In this document: positions 37,361-46,691 of the stretch, in pieces
Layout: every line of letters starts with the position of its first letter
Position numbering within the stretch: position 1 is the stretch's first letter
Origin: Geopsychrobacteraceae bacterium
GTDB lineage: Bacteria; Desulfobacterota; Desulfuromonadia; Desulfuromonadales; Geopsychrobacteraceae
Reading direction: 5' to 3'
DNA: 64,000 nucleotides
Assembly: GCA_963676795.2 (NCBI GenBank)
Contig: CAXXTB010000001.1
Location: 800,001 to 864,000 of the forward strand
Notes under the pieces: generated by a model
What the model was told of the DNA's origin: nothing
Seen by the model: the letters and a program-made list of their open reading frames with translations, nothing else
Database searches by the model: none
Translations under genes and position numbers: made by a program

Positions 37361-40300
37361 ATGGAGAGAGACAAGGTCAGAACGCAGCTCGATTTACTGT
37401 TCGACGATCGGCCGCAGGGCGTCGATTGGCTTGCTCGTTTGCCACTGATCGACGGCGAGCGTGCTGCCACCAACTTGGAGCTGCTTCAGGAACAGCTGGG
37501 CAATCTCGATCTGCTCTGTGCAATTCTCGCCGAAGCGCTCGATTCAGCGGATCCGGATGCCGCCCTGAACCTGCTTGAACGCCTCTTCGACCGGGTTGAG
37601 CGGGAGCCGTTGCTGGCGGTCCTTCATCATCCTGCTCAGCGCCGCCAACTGCTGATCGTGCTTGGCGGTTCTCAGTTTCTGGCCAATATCTGCTGTCGCC
37701 ACGCGTCTCATCTCCCCCGCCTGTTCAGCCCTCAGGGGATCGAACGTACCTTCAGTGAAGAACAGATGCTCACCGAGTTGCGCGAGCTGATTCCCGAATC
37801 AGCCGACTTTGCCGAACTCAAGGCAGGTTTAAGGCGTTACAAGGCCCAGCAGATCCTGAGGATCGGCAGCCGGGATCTGTGTGGCCTTGCTCCGCTCGAG
37901 GAGGTGACCGCGGAGCTGTCCAGCCTCGCGGCGGCCAGCCTGCAACGTGCCTATGAGGTCTGCGATGCACAGCTGGCCGGGGAGTACGGCGAGCCGCTCG
38001 AAGCTCCAGAAGGGGGAGCCAGCCGCCGGGCCGAGATGACCATTCTGGGGATGGGGAAATTCGGCGGGAATGAGCTGAACTTCTCGTCCGATATCGATCT
38101 GATCTATTGTTATTCGTCCAATCGGGGCGAAACCACCGGCGGCAGCCGTGGGGAAAAGATCAGTCTGCACCGCTACTATGTCAAGCTGGCCGAGCAGATC
38201 ACCAGGGCGCTCCATCAGGTGACCGCCGATGGTTTCGTTTTCAGGGTCGATACCCGCCTGCGTCCCGATGGCAATAACGGCGACCTGGCCATCTCCCTCG
38301 GCGGGGCTGAGGCCTATTACGAAGCCTGGGGGCAGAGCTGGGAGCGGGCGGCCATGCTCAAGGCGCGCCCGGTTGCCGGTTCGCTGGAACTCGGTGAACT
38401 GCTGCTGCAGCGCTTGAGGCCCTTTATCTTCAGGCGTTACCTCGATTTCGGCATGCTTGAAGATATCAAGCTGATGAAGCAGAAGATCAACGCCAGTTTA
38501 AGCCGTGACCAGGAAGGGGAGCGCAATCTTAAACTCGGCTTCGGCGGCATTCGTGAAATCGAATTCTTCGTTCAGGCGCTGCAGCTGGTCAACGCGGGGA
38601 AGCGTCCGCAACTGCAGCAGCGCAATACGCTCAAAGTCCTGCAGCTGCTCTGTCGGGAAGAGCTGGTCGACTGCGAAGAATGTCGCCTGCTGACCGATGC
38701 CTACCGCTTTCTGCGCACCGTGGAACATCGGATCCAGGTTGTCCAGGAACAGCAGACCCATGCCCTGCCGACCGATCAGCGCTCGCTGGAAGCTCTGGCC
38801 AGGCGCTGCGGCTTTGCCAATCATGCGGAGTTCAGCCGCTGTCTGCAGAATCACCGGACTCTGGTCCACGGCATCTTCCGTGATCTGTTCCATTCTGCAG
38901 ATGAAGAGGAGCTGGCGATCAATCCTGAAGTCAGTGTCATTTTCGATCCCGAAGCCGATGCCGATCTGGTCAAGGATCTGCTCGAAGCCAAGGGCTTCAG
39001 TAATCCGGATGCTGCCTACGAGAGCCTGGCTCTGCTGCGTGAAGGGGATCCGCACAAGCGTCTGACCCGGCGCGATCGGCGCAGTCTGGAAAAGCTGGCG
39101 CCTCTGGTGCTCCACGAACTGCTCGAATCGCCCAATCCGGATCAGGCGCTCAATAATCTGGAAGCTTTTCTCGACGCGATCCGGGCGCGCAGCTCGTTCT
39201 TCTCGTTGTTGGTTGAGAACCGCGCGATCATCAAGGTGCTGATTACCCTGTTCGGCTCCAGTCAGCTGCTGTCGCGGATCTTCATTCAGCGCCCCGAGCT
39301 GCTCGATACCATGGTCTCGCAGTCCTATGCGATCGAAAACAAATCGCGTGAGCAGATGAGTCAAGAGCTTAAAGATCAGTTGGCGCAGGCCGAAGACTTT
39401 GAAATCAAGCTCGATGTTATCCGCCGGTTTCGCAACGAAGAATTTTTGCGCATCGCCATGCATGATCTCAATGGTGAGATGTCTCAGGATGCCGGTGCCG
39501 AGCAGCTCTCCTGGCTTGCTGAGGTCTGTCTCCAGCTCAGCTGCAGGATTGCCCGCCAGGAACTGGTTCCCCGCTTCGGTGCTCCTTATGCCGAAGGGGA
39601 TACCCAGGAGACCGCTTTCGGGATCATCGGCATGGGCAAGCTCGGTGGCTGTGAACTGAACTACCACTCCGACCTGGATATTATTTTCATCTACGAACAG
39701 GAAGGGGCGACGCGCCCGGTTGCTGGGACCGATCTGCAAAGCTTCCGGCAGATCAGCAATCACGAATATTTCGCCAAGCTGGCGCAGCGGATCATTACCA
39801 TCCTGACCCTGGTGACCCGGGAAGGGTATGTCTATCAGATCGATACCCGGTTGCGCCCGTCAGGCAACCAGGGACCGCTGGTCACCAGCCTGAACGCCTT
39901 TGAACGCTATCATCATGATTCCGCCCAGCCCTGGGAACGGCAGGCGATGACCAAGGCCAGGGTAATCTGTGGCCGGGATACGTTTATGCACAGGGTGCAA
40001 ATGTGCATAGAGCGCTTGACATTTGAAAGACCCTTGCCGGAGAATCTGCAGTCCGAAATGTATCGGTTACGTAACAGGATGGAAGTCGAGATCGCCAGGG
40101 AGTCGGAGGAGCAGCTCAATATCAAGACCGGGCGGGGCGGCATGGTTGATGTCGAGTTTATCGTTCAGTGCCTGCAGTTGCGCTACGCCGGGCAGGTTAA
40201 CTCACTGCGACAGCAGAACACAATCCACATCCTCGAAGCTCTGGCCGGGGCCGAGCTGATTCCCCGGGATGACGCAGAAATGCTCATTAGTGCATACAAG

Positions 40301-40519
40301 TTCTTGAGAAGACTGGAAAATAAGCTAAGGTTATTGCATGATCAGTCGATCAACCAGCTGTCGGCCCAGCAGCGCAACCTGCGCAAGGTGGTCCGCAGTC
40401 TTGGTTATTCCGGTGCAGGGGGGCAGCCGGAGCAGCAGTTCCTGACTGAATATCGTCAAGTCACTGAGACTGTTCGTGAACTGTTCGAAAAGTATCTTTC
40501 TTCACAGCCAGCAGCATAG
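37361..40519 (+). CDS. glnE: Glutamine synthetase adenylyltransferase/adenylyl-removing enzyme
   Basis: Two NTase domains (GMGKFGGNELNFSSDIDL; GMGKLGGCELNYHSDLD), RVDTRLRP, KLGFGGIREIEF. Confidence 0.95.
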   Translation: MERDKVRTQLDLLFDDRPQGVDWLARLPLIDGERAATNLELLQEQLGNLDLLCAILAEALDSADPDAALNLLERLFDRVEREPLLAVLHHPAQRRQLLIVLGGSQFLANICCRHASHLPRLFSPQGIERTFSEEQMLTELRELIPESADFAELKAGLRRYKAQQILRIGSRDLCGLAPLEEVTAELSSLAAASLQRAYEVCDAQLAGEYGEPLEAPEGGASRRAEMTILGMGKFGGNELNFSSDIDLIYCYSSNRGETTGGSRGEKISLHRYYVKLAEQITRALHQVTADGFVFRVDTRLRPDGNNGDLAISLGGAEAYYEAWGQSWERAAMLKARPVAGSLELGELLLQRLRPFIFRRYLDFGMLEDIKLMKQKINASLSRDQEGERNLKLGFGGIREIEFFVQALQLVNAGKRPQLQQRNTLKVLQLLCREELVDCEECRLLTDAYRFLRTVEHRIQVVQEQQTHALPTDQRSLEALARRCGFANHAEFSRCLQNHRTLVHGIFRDLFHSADEEELAINPEVSVIFDPEADADLVKDLLEAKGFSNPDAAYESLALLREGDPHKRLTRRDRRSLEKLAPLVLHELLESPNPDQALNNLEAFLDAIRARSSFFSLLVENRAIIKVLITLFGSSQLLSRIFIQRPELLDTMVSQSYAIENKSREQMSQELKDQLAQAEDFEIKLDVIRRFRNEEFLRIAMHDLNGEMSQDAGAEQLSWLAEVCLQLSCRIARQELVPRFGAPYAEGDTQETAFGIIGMGKLGGCELNYHSDLDIIFIYEQEGATRPVAGTDLQSFRQISNHEYFAKLAQRIITILTLVTREGYVYQIDTRLRPSGNQGPLVTSLNAFERYHHDSAQPWERQAMTKARVICGRDTFMHRVQMCIERLTFERPLPENLQSEMYRLRNRMEVEIARESEEQLNIKTGRGGMVDVEFIVQCLQLRYAGQVNSLRQQNTIHILEALAGAELIPRDDAEMLISAYKFLRRLENKLRLLHDQSINQLSAQQRNLRKVVRSLGYSGAGGQPEQQFLTEYRQVTETVRELFEKYLSSQPAA

Positions 40520-40536
40520 CAAGCGGAGACAGTGGG

Positions 40537-42435
40537 ATGAGCAAACATATTCTGATCATTGATGATGATCGCGATCTGCGAGATTTCCTGCAGCAGGCGC
40601 TGGCCGCGGCGGGATTTCAGGTTGAAGGCGTCGATCGCGGTACCGTCGGGGTCCGCAAGCTGCTCACCGAAGATTTTGATCTGGCTCTCATCGATATCAA
40701 TATGCCGGAAATTTCCGGACCCAATATCTGCCGGGCTCTGCGCAAGCACGACAAGACCCGCGACCTGCCGGTTGTCATGATCACGGCGACGATCCACACC
40801 CCTGAACAGTGTGAGGCGGCTAAACTTGACTATGGTGTCGACCAGTTTCTGGTCAAACCGTTCACCGGCCAGGATCTGCAGAAAATGCTGGAGAGCGCCT
40901 TCCCCTCTGGCGAAAGGGAAGCAGAGGCGCCCAAGGTGCGGCCGATTTCCGATTTTACCATCCCGCACCAGTTGCATAAGCTCTACCAGAACAAAGCGAC
41001 GGGGATGCTTCAGCTGCAGAAGGGGAATCAGAAGAAGGTCGTCTATATCGAAAACGGTTATCCGATCTTCGCCCGTTCCAATGTCCTGAGCGAATGCCTG
41101 GGGCGGATGCTGGTGCGTGACGGAGTGATTACCCAGGTTGACTGTGATCAGTCGGTTGAGAAGAGCAAGGAAACGGGTCGGCTGCAGGGCACTGTGCTGA
41201 TCGAGATGGGGCTGTTGACCCCTCTGCAGCTGCATAACGCCCTGGTCAGGCAGATCACTGAAAAGCTGCTGACCACCTTTGCCTGGCAGGAAGGGACCTG
41301 GATGTTCACTGAGGTTGCGGATATCAAAAAGACCGTGACCCGGATGAAGATGACGCCAGCCAACCTGATCCTCCAGGGGATTGGCGAGTACTGGAGCACC
41401 AAGCAACTGGACGATTTTCTGCTCCCCTATATGGAAGATTACCTCAAGCAGACGACCAATCCGACCTATCGCTTTCAGGATATCGAGCTGAATAAGCGGG
41501 GAGCGCAGATCTTCAAGAGCTGCGTCGGTGTCAAAACCATGGCCAGGCTTCTCGACGAGCATCCGCTGGCCAAACGTGAAATCCAGCGGATTATTGCCGC
41601 CCTGCTGATTTCCGACATGCTTGAGCGTCAGGCCACCCCGGAACAGGTCGATCCTGAACTGCTTCAGGACGATGATGCGCTGGATATTATCGATGAAAAA
41701 CTGCGCAAGAGGATCTTGGAAGACTACCGCAGGATCATGAGCGCCGATTATTTTGAGGCTCTCGGGATCAGTCGTGACAGCGGTCCTTCCGAAGCACGCC
41801 GTGCTTACTACCGGTTGGCCAAGGAATATCACCCGGACCGTTTCCTTGGCAGCGACCTGTCGCGTGAGATGAGCGTCAAGATCCGTGATATGTTCCAGTA
41901 TATTACCCAGGCCTATACGGTGCTCAGCGATCCCGACAGCTGCGCCGATTACCTGGAAGAATTGGTCCACGGCACGAAAAAGTCGGTCGATATCAATCAG
42001 GTCATTGAAGCGGAAGGGGCTTTCCAGGAAGGGCGTGCTCTGCTGAAGATCCGGCGCTTTGCCGCAGCGGCCAAGAGTTTGCAGCGTTCGATCGAACTGA
42101 GCCCGGAAGAACCTGAATACATGACCCTCTATGCCTGGGCCCTGTTCAAGTCGGATCCGGAGAAGCAGGATGTCCAGCAGAAGGCGATGGAAATTCTGCT
42201 CGCCTCCAAGGAGATCAACCCGGGCCAGGATCTGACTCACCTCTATCTGGGCCACGTTTACCATGCCATGCATAAGGAGCGTCAGGCCGAAAAATCGTTC
42301 GAGATGGCCGTGCAGGCCAACCCGAATTGTACCGAGGCATTGCGCGAACTGAGGCTGATCAACCTAAGGCGCGAACAGAGCGCAGCTCCGCAGTCGAAGG
42401 GGCTGTTCAAGAAGTTTTTGAAAAAAGGGGACTGA
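40537..42435 (+). CDS. Response regulator with REC, DUF4388-like, DnaJ (HPD) and TPR domains
   Basis: IDDD..LIDINMP; KATGML..VYIENG; YFEALG...KEYHPDRF; C-terminal TPRs. Confidence 0.85.
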   Translation: MSKHILIIDDDRDLRDFLQQALAAAGFQVEGVDRGTVGVRKLLTEDFDLALIDINMPEISGPNICRALRKHDKTRDLPVVMITATIHTPEQCEAAKLDYGVDQFLVKPFTGQDLQKMLESAFPSGEREAEAPKVRPISDFTIPHQLHKLYQNKATGMLQLQKGNQKKVVYIENGYPIFARSNVLSECLGRMLVRDGVITQVDCDQSVEKSKETGRLQGTVLIEMGLLTPLQLHNALVRQITEKLLTTFAWQEGTWMFTEVADIKKTVTRMKMTPANLILQGIGEYWSTKQLDDFLLPYMEDYLKQTTNPTYRFQDIELNKRGAQIFKSCVGVKTMARLLDEHPLAKREIQRIIAALLISDMLERQATPEQVDPELLQDDDALDIIDEKLRKRILEDYRRIMSADYFEALGISRDSGPSEARRAYYRLAKEYHPDRFLGSDLSREMSVKIRDMFQYITQAYTVLSDPDSCADYLEELVHGTKKSVDINQVIEAEGAFQEGRALLKIRRFAAAAKSLQRSIELSPEEPEYMTLYAWALFKSDPEKQDVQQKAMEILLASKEINPGQDLTHLYLGHVYHAMHKERQAEKSFEMAVQANPNCTEALRELRLINLRREQSAAPQSKGLFKKFLKKGD

Positions 42436-42445
42436 TTCAATATAT

Positions 42446-42872
42446 AGAAACAGCCGAGGGCTGTTTCTTAGGTTCTGCCCGTTGATGAGCAAAGCTCATC
42501 TTGGGGCGCTAGGCGTTTTGCTGGTGTGTCGCTACGTAAGAAACGCAGAATCACTTCCGACAATATAACAGGGCGTTTTTGCTTACTTTTGACGCCCAGG
42601 TCAAAAGTAAGGCGCAGTGTGGGGGCGCGACCCCACGACTTTGATCTTCAAATCGACAAGCATCAGAACCTGAACCGGCGGTTCTCGCACCGCCAGGCGA
42701 CATACTTTCTTTTATCGAAAAGAAAGTATGCAAAGAAACTCTACGGTCAAGGGCATTGTTTATAGCGTGGTAGTCCTCTGCTTCGTAGCCTTTGGGCAGC
42801 AACTCTCTTCACGCTCAGACGAGTCGCTGCGCGTCTCGATTCGCGCAATCGCAAAGCCGGTTCCCGGCTTGA
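42446..42872. repeat. Cluster of palindromic elements between convergent genes
   Basis: AGAAACAGCC/GGCTGTTTCT; GATGAGC/GCTCATC; TTACTTTTGAC/GTCAAAAGTAA; GTGGGG/CCCCAC; TACTTTCTTT/AAAGAAAGTA; AAGCCGG/CCGGCTT. Confidence 0.6.
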
Positions 42873-42933
42873 AATCATGGAAAAGACAAAGTTAAAACAG
42901 AGTCAAAATCAAAGGCTGCTGCTGTTCATTCTG

Positions 42934-43704
42934 CTATTTTTCGTCCTCACGGTGCAGCAGAGGATCGAGCAGGTGTCTTGGCTGCACATTGCCGAGGGCG
43001 GCGATCATGCTGTTACGGATCTGCGGAATATCTTTGCTTAATCTCTCGATCAGCTGTTTCATGTACTGGCGCTGCTGTTCTTCTCCCCCTTCCACCGGGC
43101 AGCCACAACTGACCGTCGGAAATTCCACCAGAGTGCTGTATTCGGCAATATCCTTCTCTTCAACATAGACCAGCGGCCTGATGACCGTCTGTCTGCCGTT
43201 ATCGGCCAGCATGCTGGCGCTCATCGCGGCCAGGGTGCCGACGTAAAACTGGTTGAGCAGCAGCGTCTCGATAAAGTCATCCAGATGATGGCCCAGGGCG
43301 ACCTTGTTGCAGCCGAGTTGCTCGGCCTGGGTGTAGAGCACGCCCCGGCGCAGCCGGGCGCAGAAGGCGCAGGTCGATGATCCCGGGCGCAGTTTTTCTT
43401 CGATAATCCGTGAATTTTCTGTTGTTTCAATCCGATAAGAGAACTGATGCTGGCGCAGGTGGTCCTCGATAATGTCCTTGCGGAAGCCTGGGAAACCGGC
43501 GTCGATATTGACGGCAATCAGCTCATAACGGACCGGGGCCTTTCTGCGCAACGCTTCAAGGACGTGGAGCAGGGTGTAGGAATCCTTTCCGCCGGAGATG
43601 CCGACCGCAATCCGGTCGCCATCCTCGATCAGGTTGAAATCACCGATCGCCTTACCGACCTGCCTGCGGATGCGGTTGAACAGTTTTTCTGCTGCTGTTG
43701 CCAT
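42934..43704 (-). CDS. ttcA: tRNA 2-thiocytidine(32) synthetase
   Basis: SGGKDS, CAFCARLRRG, GHHLDD, IRPL, CGC. Confidence 0.9.
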   Translation of the reverse strand: MATAAEKLFNRIRRQVGKAIGDFNLIEDGDRIAVGISGGKDSYTLLHVLEALRRKAPVRYELIAVNIDAGFPGFRKDIIEDHLRQHQFSYRIETTENSRIIEEKLRPGSSTCAFCARLRRGVLYTQAEQLGCNKVALGHHLDDFIETLLLNQFYVGTLAAMSASMLADNGRQTVIRPLVYVEEKDIAEYSTLVEFPTVSCGCPVEGGEEQQRQYMKQLIERLSKDIPQIRNSMIAALGNVQPRHLLDPLLHREDEK

Positions 43705-43854
43705 AAGCCAATCCTCTTTATCTAGGTATCATGCAGGGCAAGTTTTAAAAGAAAGGCTAAAAAAGTGCAAGTTGCAAAGGATTGGAGCGCTTTTTGCTGA
43801 ATATGAGGTGGGATAATAGTAGCTGTCAGAATTTTGTCAAAAAACGGTGGAAGT

Positions 43855-44604
43855 ATGAGTATCGACCCGACCCAAATGAAATTGTTTTACGATCAGTTAA
43901 GTTCGGACATCACGCATGAAAAAAGCCAGGGCACACCATCGCGGCAATTTGGTGATGTGCTTAGCAATGCGGCCAGAACCCTGGTTTCCGCCGAGGCTGC
44001 CAGTGAGGCTGCGGTTAGAATGATGCACGACGCCCGGAGCCGGATGGTCCAGGGGCTTTTTGCCGATGGGGAGAGTGAACCGTCTGCACTACTCGATCCT
44101 CTCGACGGGCTATCCCCTTACGGTTTTCTGAACGCACGGCAAAGTCAGATTGTTGACAAGTATTACCGGGTCGAGACACCGCAGCCGACCCTGCGCCCGG
44201 ACAGCGGTGACAAACCTCAAGGGCAGATCGACCAGCTGATTACCCAGGTGGCGAAACAGTACAATCTGTCCGAAGGGCTGATTCACTCGGTTGTCGCCAC
44301 CGAAAGTGCATATAATCCGCAGGCCGTCTCACCGGTCGGGGCCCGGGGGCTGATGCAACTGATGCCGGCGACCGCCGCTGATCTTGGCGTCACCGACAGC
44401 TTCGACCCCCAGCAGAACCTCAACGGCGGAACCCGCTATCTGAAACAGTTGCTCGACAAGTATGACGGCGACCTCGACCATGCCCTGGCCGCCTATAACT
44501 GGGGGCAGGGGAATGTCGATCGCCACGGTCTGGAGAAGATGCCGGATGAGACCAGGAACTATCTGGCCAAGATCAAGGGGTTGTTGGAACGCAACCGGGG
44601 GTAG
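43855..44604 (+). CDS. Lytic transglycosylase (SLT domain)
   Basis: VATES, GLMQLMP, GTRYL, AAYNWG, ETRNY. Confidence 0.9.
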   Translation: MSIDPTQMKLFYDQLSSDITHEKSQGTPSRQFGDVLSNAARTLVSAEAASEAAVRMMHDARSRMVQGLFADGESEPSALLDPLDGLSPYGFLNARQSQIVDKYYRVETPQPTLRPDSGDKPQGQIDQLITQVAKQYNLSEGLIHSVVATESAYNPQAVSPVGARGLMQLMPATAADLGVTDSFDPQQNLNGGTRYLKQLLDKYDGDLDHALAAYNWGQGNVDRHGLEKMPDETRNYLAKIKGLLERNRG

Positions 44605-44688
44605 CGAGGAAATCCTCTCTGCTTTATTTGTAAAAGTGAAGGCAAGGACCGACCGATGAGGCCGGCCCTTCAGTTTTTCCTTTTGCTC

Positions 44689-45741
44689 TCAGCTGATGGC
44701 GGGATTGGCTGCAGACTGTTCATGAAAACGTAGTGCCTCGAGCATTCCCCGTTGTAAAGAGAGTCCCTGGGCCTTTTCAGCCGCATGGTGTGCCAGTACG
44801 TCACGGACCTCTGAACGCGTCAGCAGTTCGTTGCAGAGATGGCAGTGGTTGACGTAACGATCTGCAAATTCGAGATGCGGAGCTTTCTCCTTGACGAATT
44901 TCATCACCCCGTAAGGACCTTCAAGGGCAAGCCAGTTGGCGATCAGATCCTGGTTTCCCCGGCAGATGATTTCAGCGAGCCTCTCTTTTTCGAGGTTGCC
45001 GATACTCAATTCCGGAACGCGCTGATCGATCATTCCGCAGCATATCCGCAGTTCTTTTCCGGGAGAGATGATGATTGAACTGAGAACGCCGCTGCAGGGT
45101 GATTGCCAGGCGGTACACCCTTCCGGATAAAGAATGTAGCGACTGTGATCGAGTTCTTTTGCCTGAAGGCCGATCGGTACCGTATAACCTGTGCTGTACA
45201 TGTCACGGTGGGGATTTGGGCCTTCCTCATTGAACTGATGGAGTTCCACCCCGAGATAGTCAGCGAGAAATTCCGGTGTTATCAGGTTGTTTTTCACTTT
45301 CTTGTGAGCCAGAAGAACCGGTATCCCGAGATTGCGCGCCGCATGAAAGGCATGTTTGACATTGTCCAGCGGGATCATCTCCTGATGGAGATCGTCACAG
45401 CTGAAGTTGATTTCATTCAGGCCATTCTGCTTCAGTTTTGTCAGAAGCTGCGTGGCTTTGTCGGGACTGGTCGCCCAGAAGGCATTACTGACAATCCGAG
45501 TCCACAATCCATTGCTTTGAGCAAATTCCAGGGTTTCGACCAGCTCCGCTTTTTTCATAAGGGCCTCGCCGCCGGTGAAGATGACCGACTTCAGAGCGCC
45601 GAGCTCAAGGGTGTCACGGATTACCTGCTTCATGAATTCGGCAGAGAGGTAGGGCCCGTTTTGGGGGCCTGATTCGGTCACGCAGAATTTGCAGCTTACC
45701 GGACAGTCGTAGGTGACGGAAAAGACTATTTTCGAAATCAT
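44689..45741 (-). CDS. Radical SAM enzyme with Twitch-type auxiliary cluster, EpeE/YydG-like
   Basis: C13xxxC17xxC20, FTGGE, VSNAFW, FSCDDLH, PC...ICCG, LALEG, HCHLC. Confidence 0.88.
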   Translation of the reverse strand: MISKIVFSVTYDCPVSCKFCVTESGPQNGPYLSAEFMKQVIRDTLELGALKSVIFTGGEALMKKAELVETLEFAQSNGLWTRIVSNAFWATSPDKATQLLTKLKQNGLNEINFSCDDLHQEMIPLDNVKHAFHAARNLGIPVLLAHKKVKNNLITPEFLADYLGVELHQFNEEGPNPHRDMYSTGYTVPIGLQAKELDHSRYILYPEGCTAWQSPCSGVLSSIIISPGKELRICCGMIDQRVPELSIGNLEKERLAEIICRGNQDLIANWLALEGPYGVMKFVKEKAPHLEFADRYVNHCHLCNELLTRSEVRDVLAHHAAEKAQGLSLQRGMLEALRFHEQSAANPAIS

Positions 45742-45754
45742 CGCTTGACTCTCT

Positions 45755-46348
45755 TCAAAAATCGCCGAGCTCTGTGAGCTGTCGGTCTATGCGCGCCATC
45801 AAGTCACCGAGGGTCAGCGCATTGAGCAGTGGGGTGCGGATGAAACGTTCGGTCATCAGGTCGCGCCCATCGAATTTTGTTGAGTAATGATGGTTGGTCC
45901 GGGTATGGGGCATGGAATTTTGTTCAAAATCGACATTGATTCCGCGATGACTTTCCGATTGTTGCTCTGAATAGAAGATATCGCTTTGCGTATCAATCCG
46001 CTGGGCGAATTCTGCTTTCGCTTCGGCCTTGGTCACAAAATGGGCTGAGATGTCCTGGTAGCGGCTGGCCGCGACGTTGATACCAAAAATCTGTTCAAAG
46101 CGGGCCTCATTGATCTTTTCCTGTTTTACAAAGCCGTGAGCGCGCATCAGGATAAAGCGCAGCTGCATCAGGGCTTCTTCGCTGACGTCATCCGAGGTTG
46201 TGATGTTGTGGTTTTTCAGGGTCATTTCAGTGTTTTCCATGACCAAGGCAAAGGTTTCATCATCGAAGATCGCTTTGCGCAGAAATTGACTGAATGCGTG
46301 TGACGGCAGGGTGATGCGATGGGTGATTCTTTCGGCAGCTTTAGTCAT
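45755..46348 (-). CDS. Hypothetical protein; putative large precursor/substrate of the radical SAM enzyme
   Basis: 13 nt upstream of the rSAM gene, AAGGAA RBS; N-terminal FSQFLRKAIFDDETFALVMENTEMTLKNHNI resembles NHLP leaders. Confidence 0.7.
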   Translation of the reverse strand: MTKAAERITHRITLPSHAFSQFLRKAIFDDETFALVMENTEMTLKNHNITTSDDVSEEALMQLRFILMRAHGFVKQEKINEARFEQIFGINVAASRYQDISAHFVTKAEAKAEFAQRIDTQSDIFYSEQQSESHRGINVDFEQNSMPHTRTNHHYSTKFDGRDLMTERFIRTPLLNALTLGDLMARIDRQLTELGDF

Positions 46349-46464
46349 TTTGAATTTCCTTTCGTTGGTTGCTATCGACCATGGATGAAACTCTCGCTTG
46401 CGTGCGAGACAATTTTCGGAAGAGCAGAAAACATGAATAATTTATTATTCAGTTCTTTAAAAAC

Positions 46465-46482
46465 AAATATTTGCAAATATTT
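46465..46482. promoter_or_regulatory. Perfect 18-bp palindrome AAATATTTGCAAATATTT upstream of the precursor-like gene
   Basis: Directly visible in the AT-rich upstream region. Confidence 0.45.
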
Positions 46483-46573
46483 AATTAGCGAGTATAGCAA
46501 GCTTTTACTCCATGGCAAGCGCCCGGAGAAAAAAGCTGAGCCGTTGAAATTAAGGAGTTGTGAAGTGGGATAG

Positions 46574-46616
46574 AAAATAACTCCGGATCGAAGTTCTTCG
46601 GTCCGGAGTTATTTTT
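46574..46616. terminator. Bidirectional terminator-like hairpin
   Basis: AAAATAACTCCGGA...TCCGGAGTTATTTTT. Confidence 0.75.
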
Positions 46617-46691
46617 AAGAGGGGCAGGTTGACAGAATATCCGGGGAAGAGATGACGATCGATGCATAGCTTTTGCCAGGGGCAAAAGTGG

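Noticed and set aside
45755..46348. Darobactin/dynobactin-, sactipeptide- or lanthipeptide-type precursor
   Set aside because: The protein has no Trp or Cys, and the enzyme looks Twitch/EpeE-like rather than RRE-SPASM
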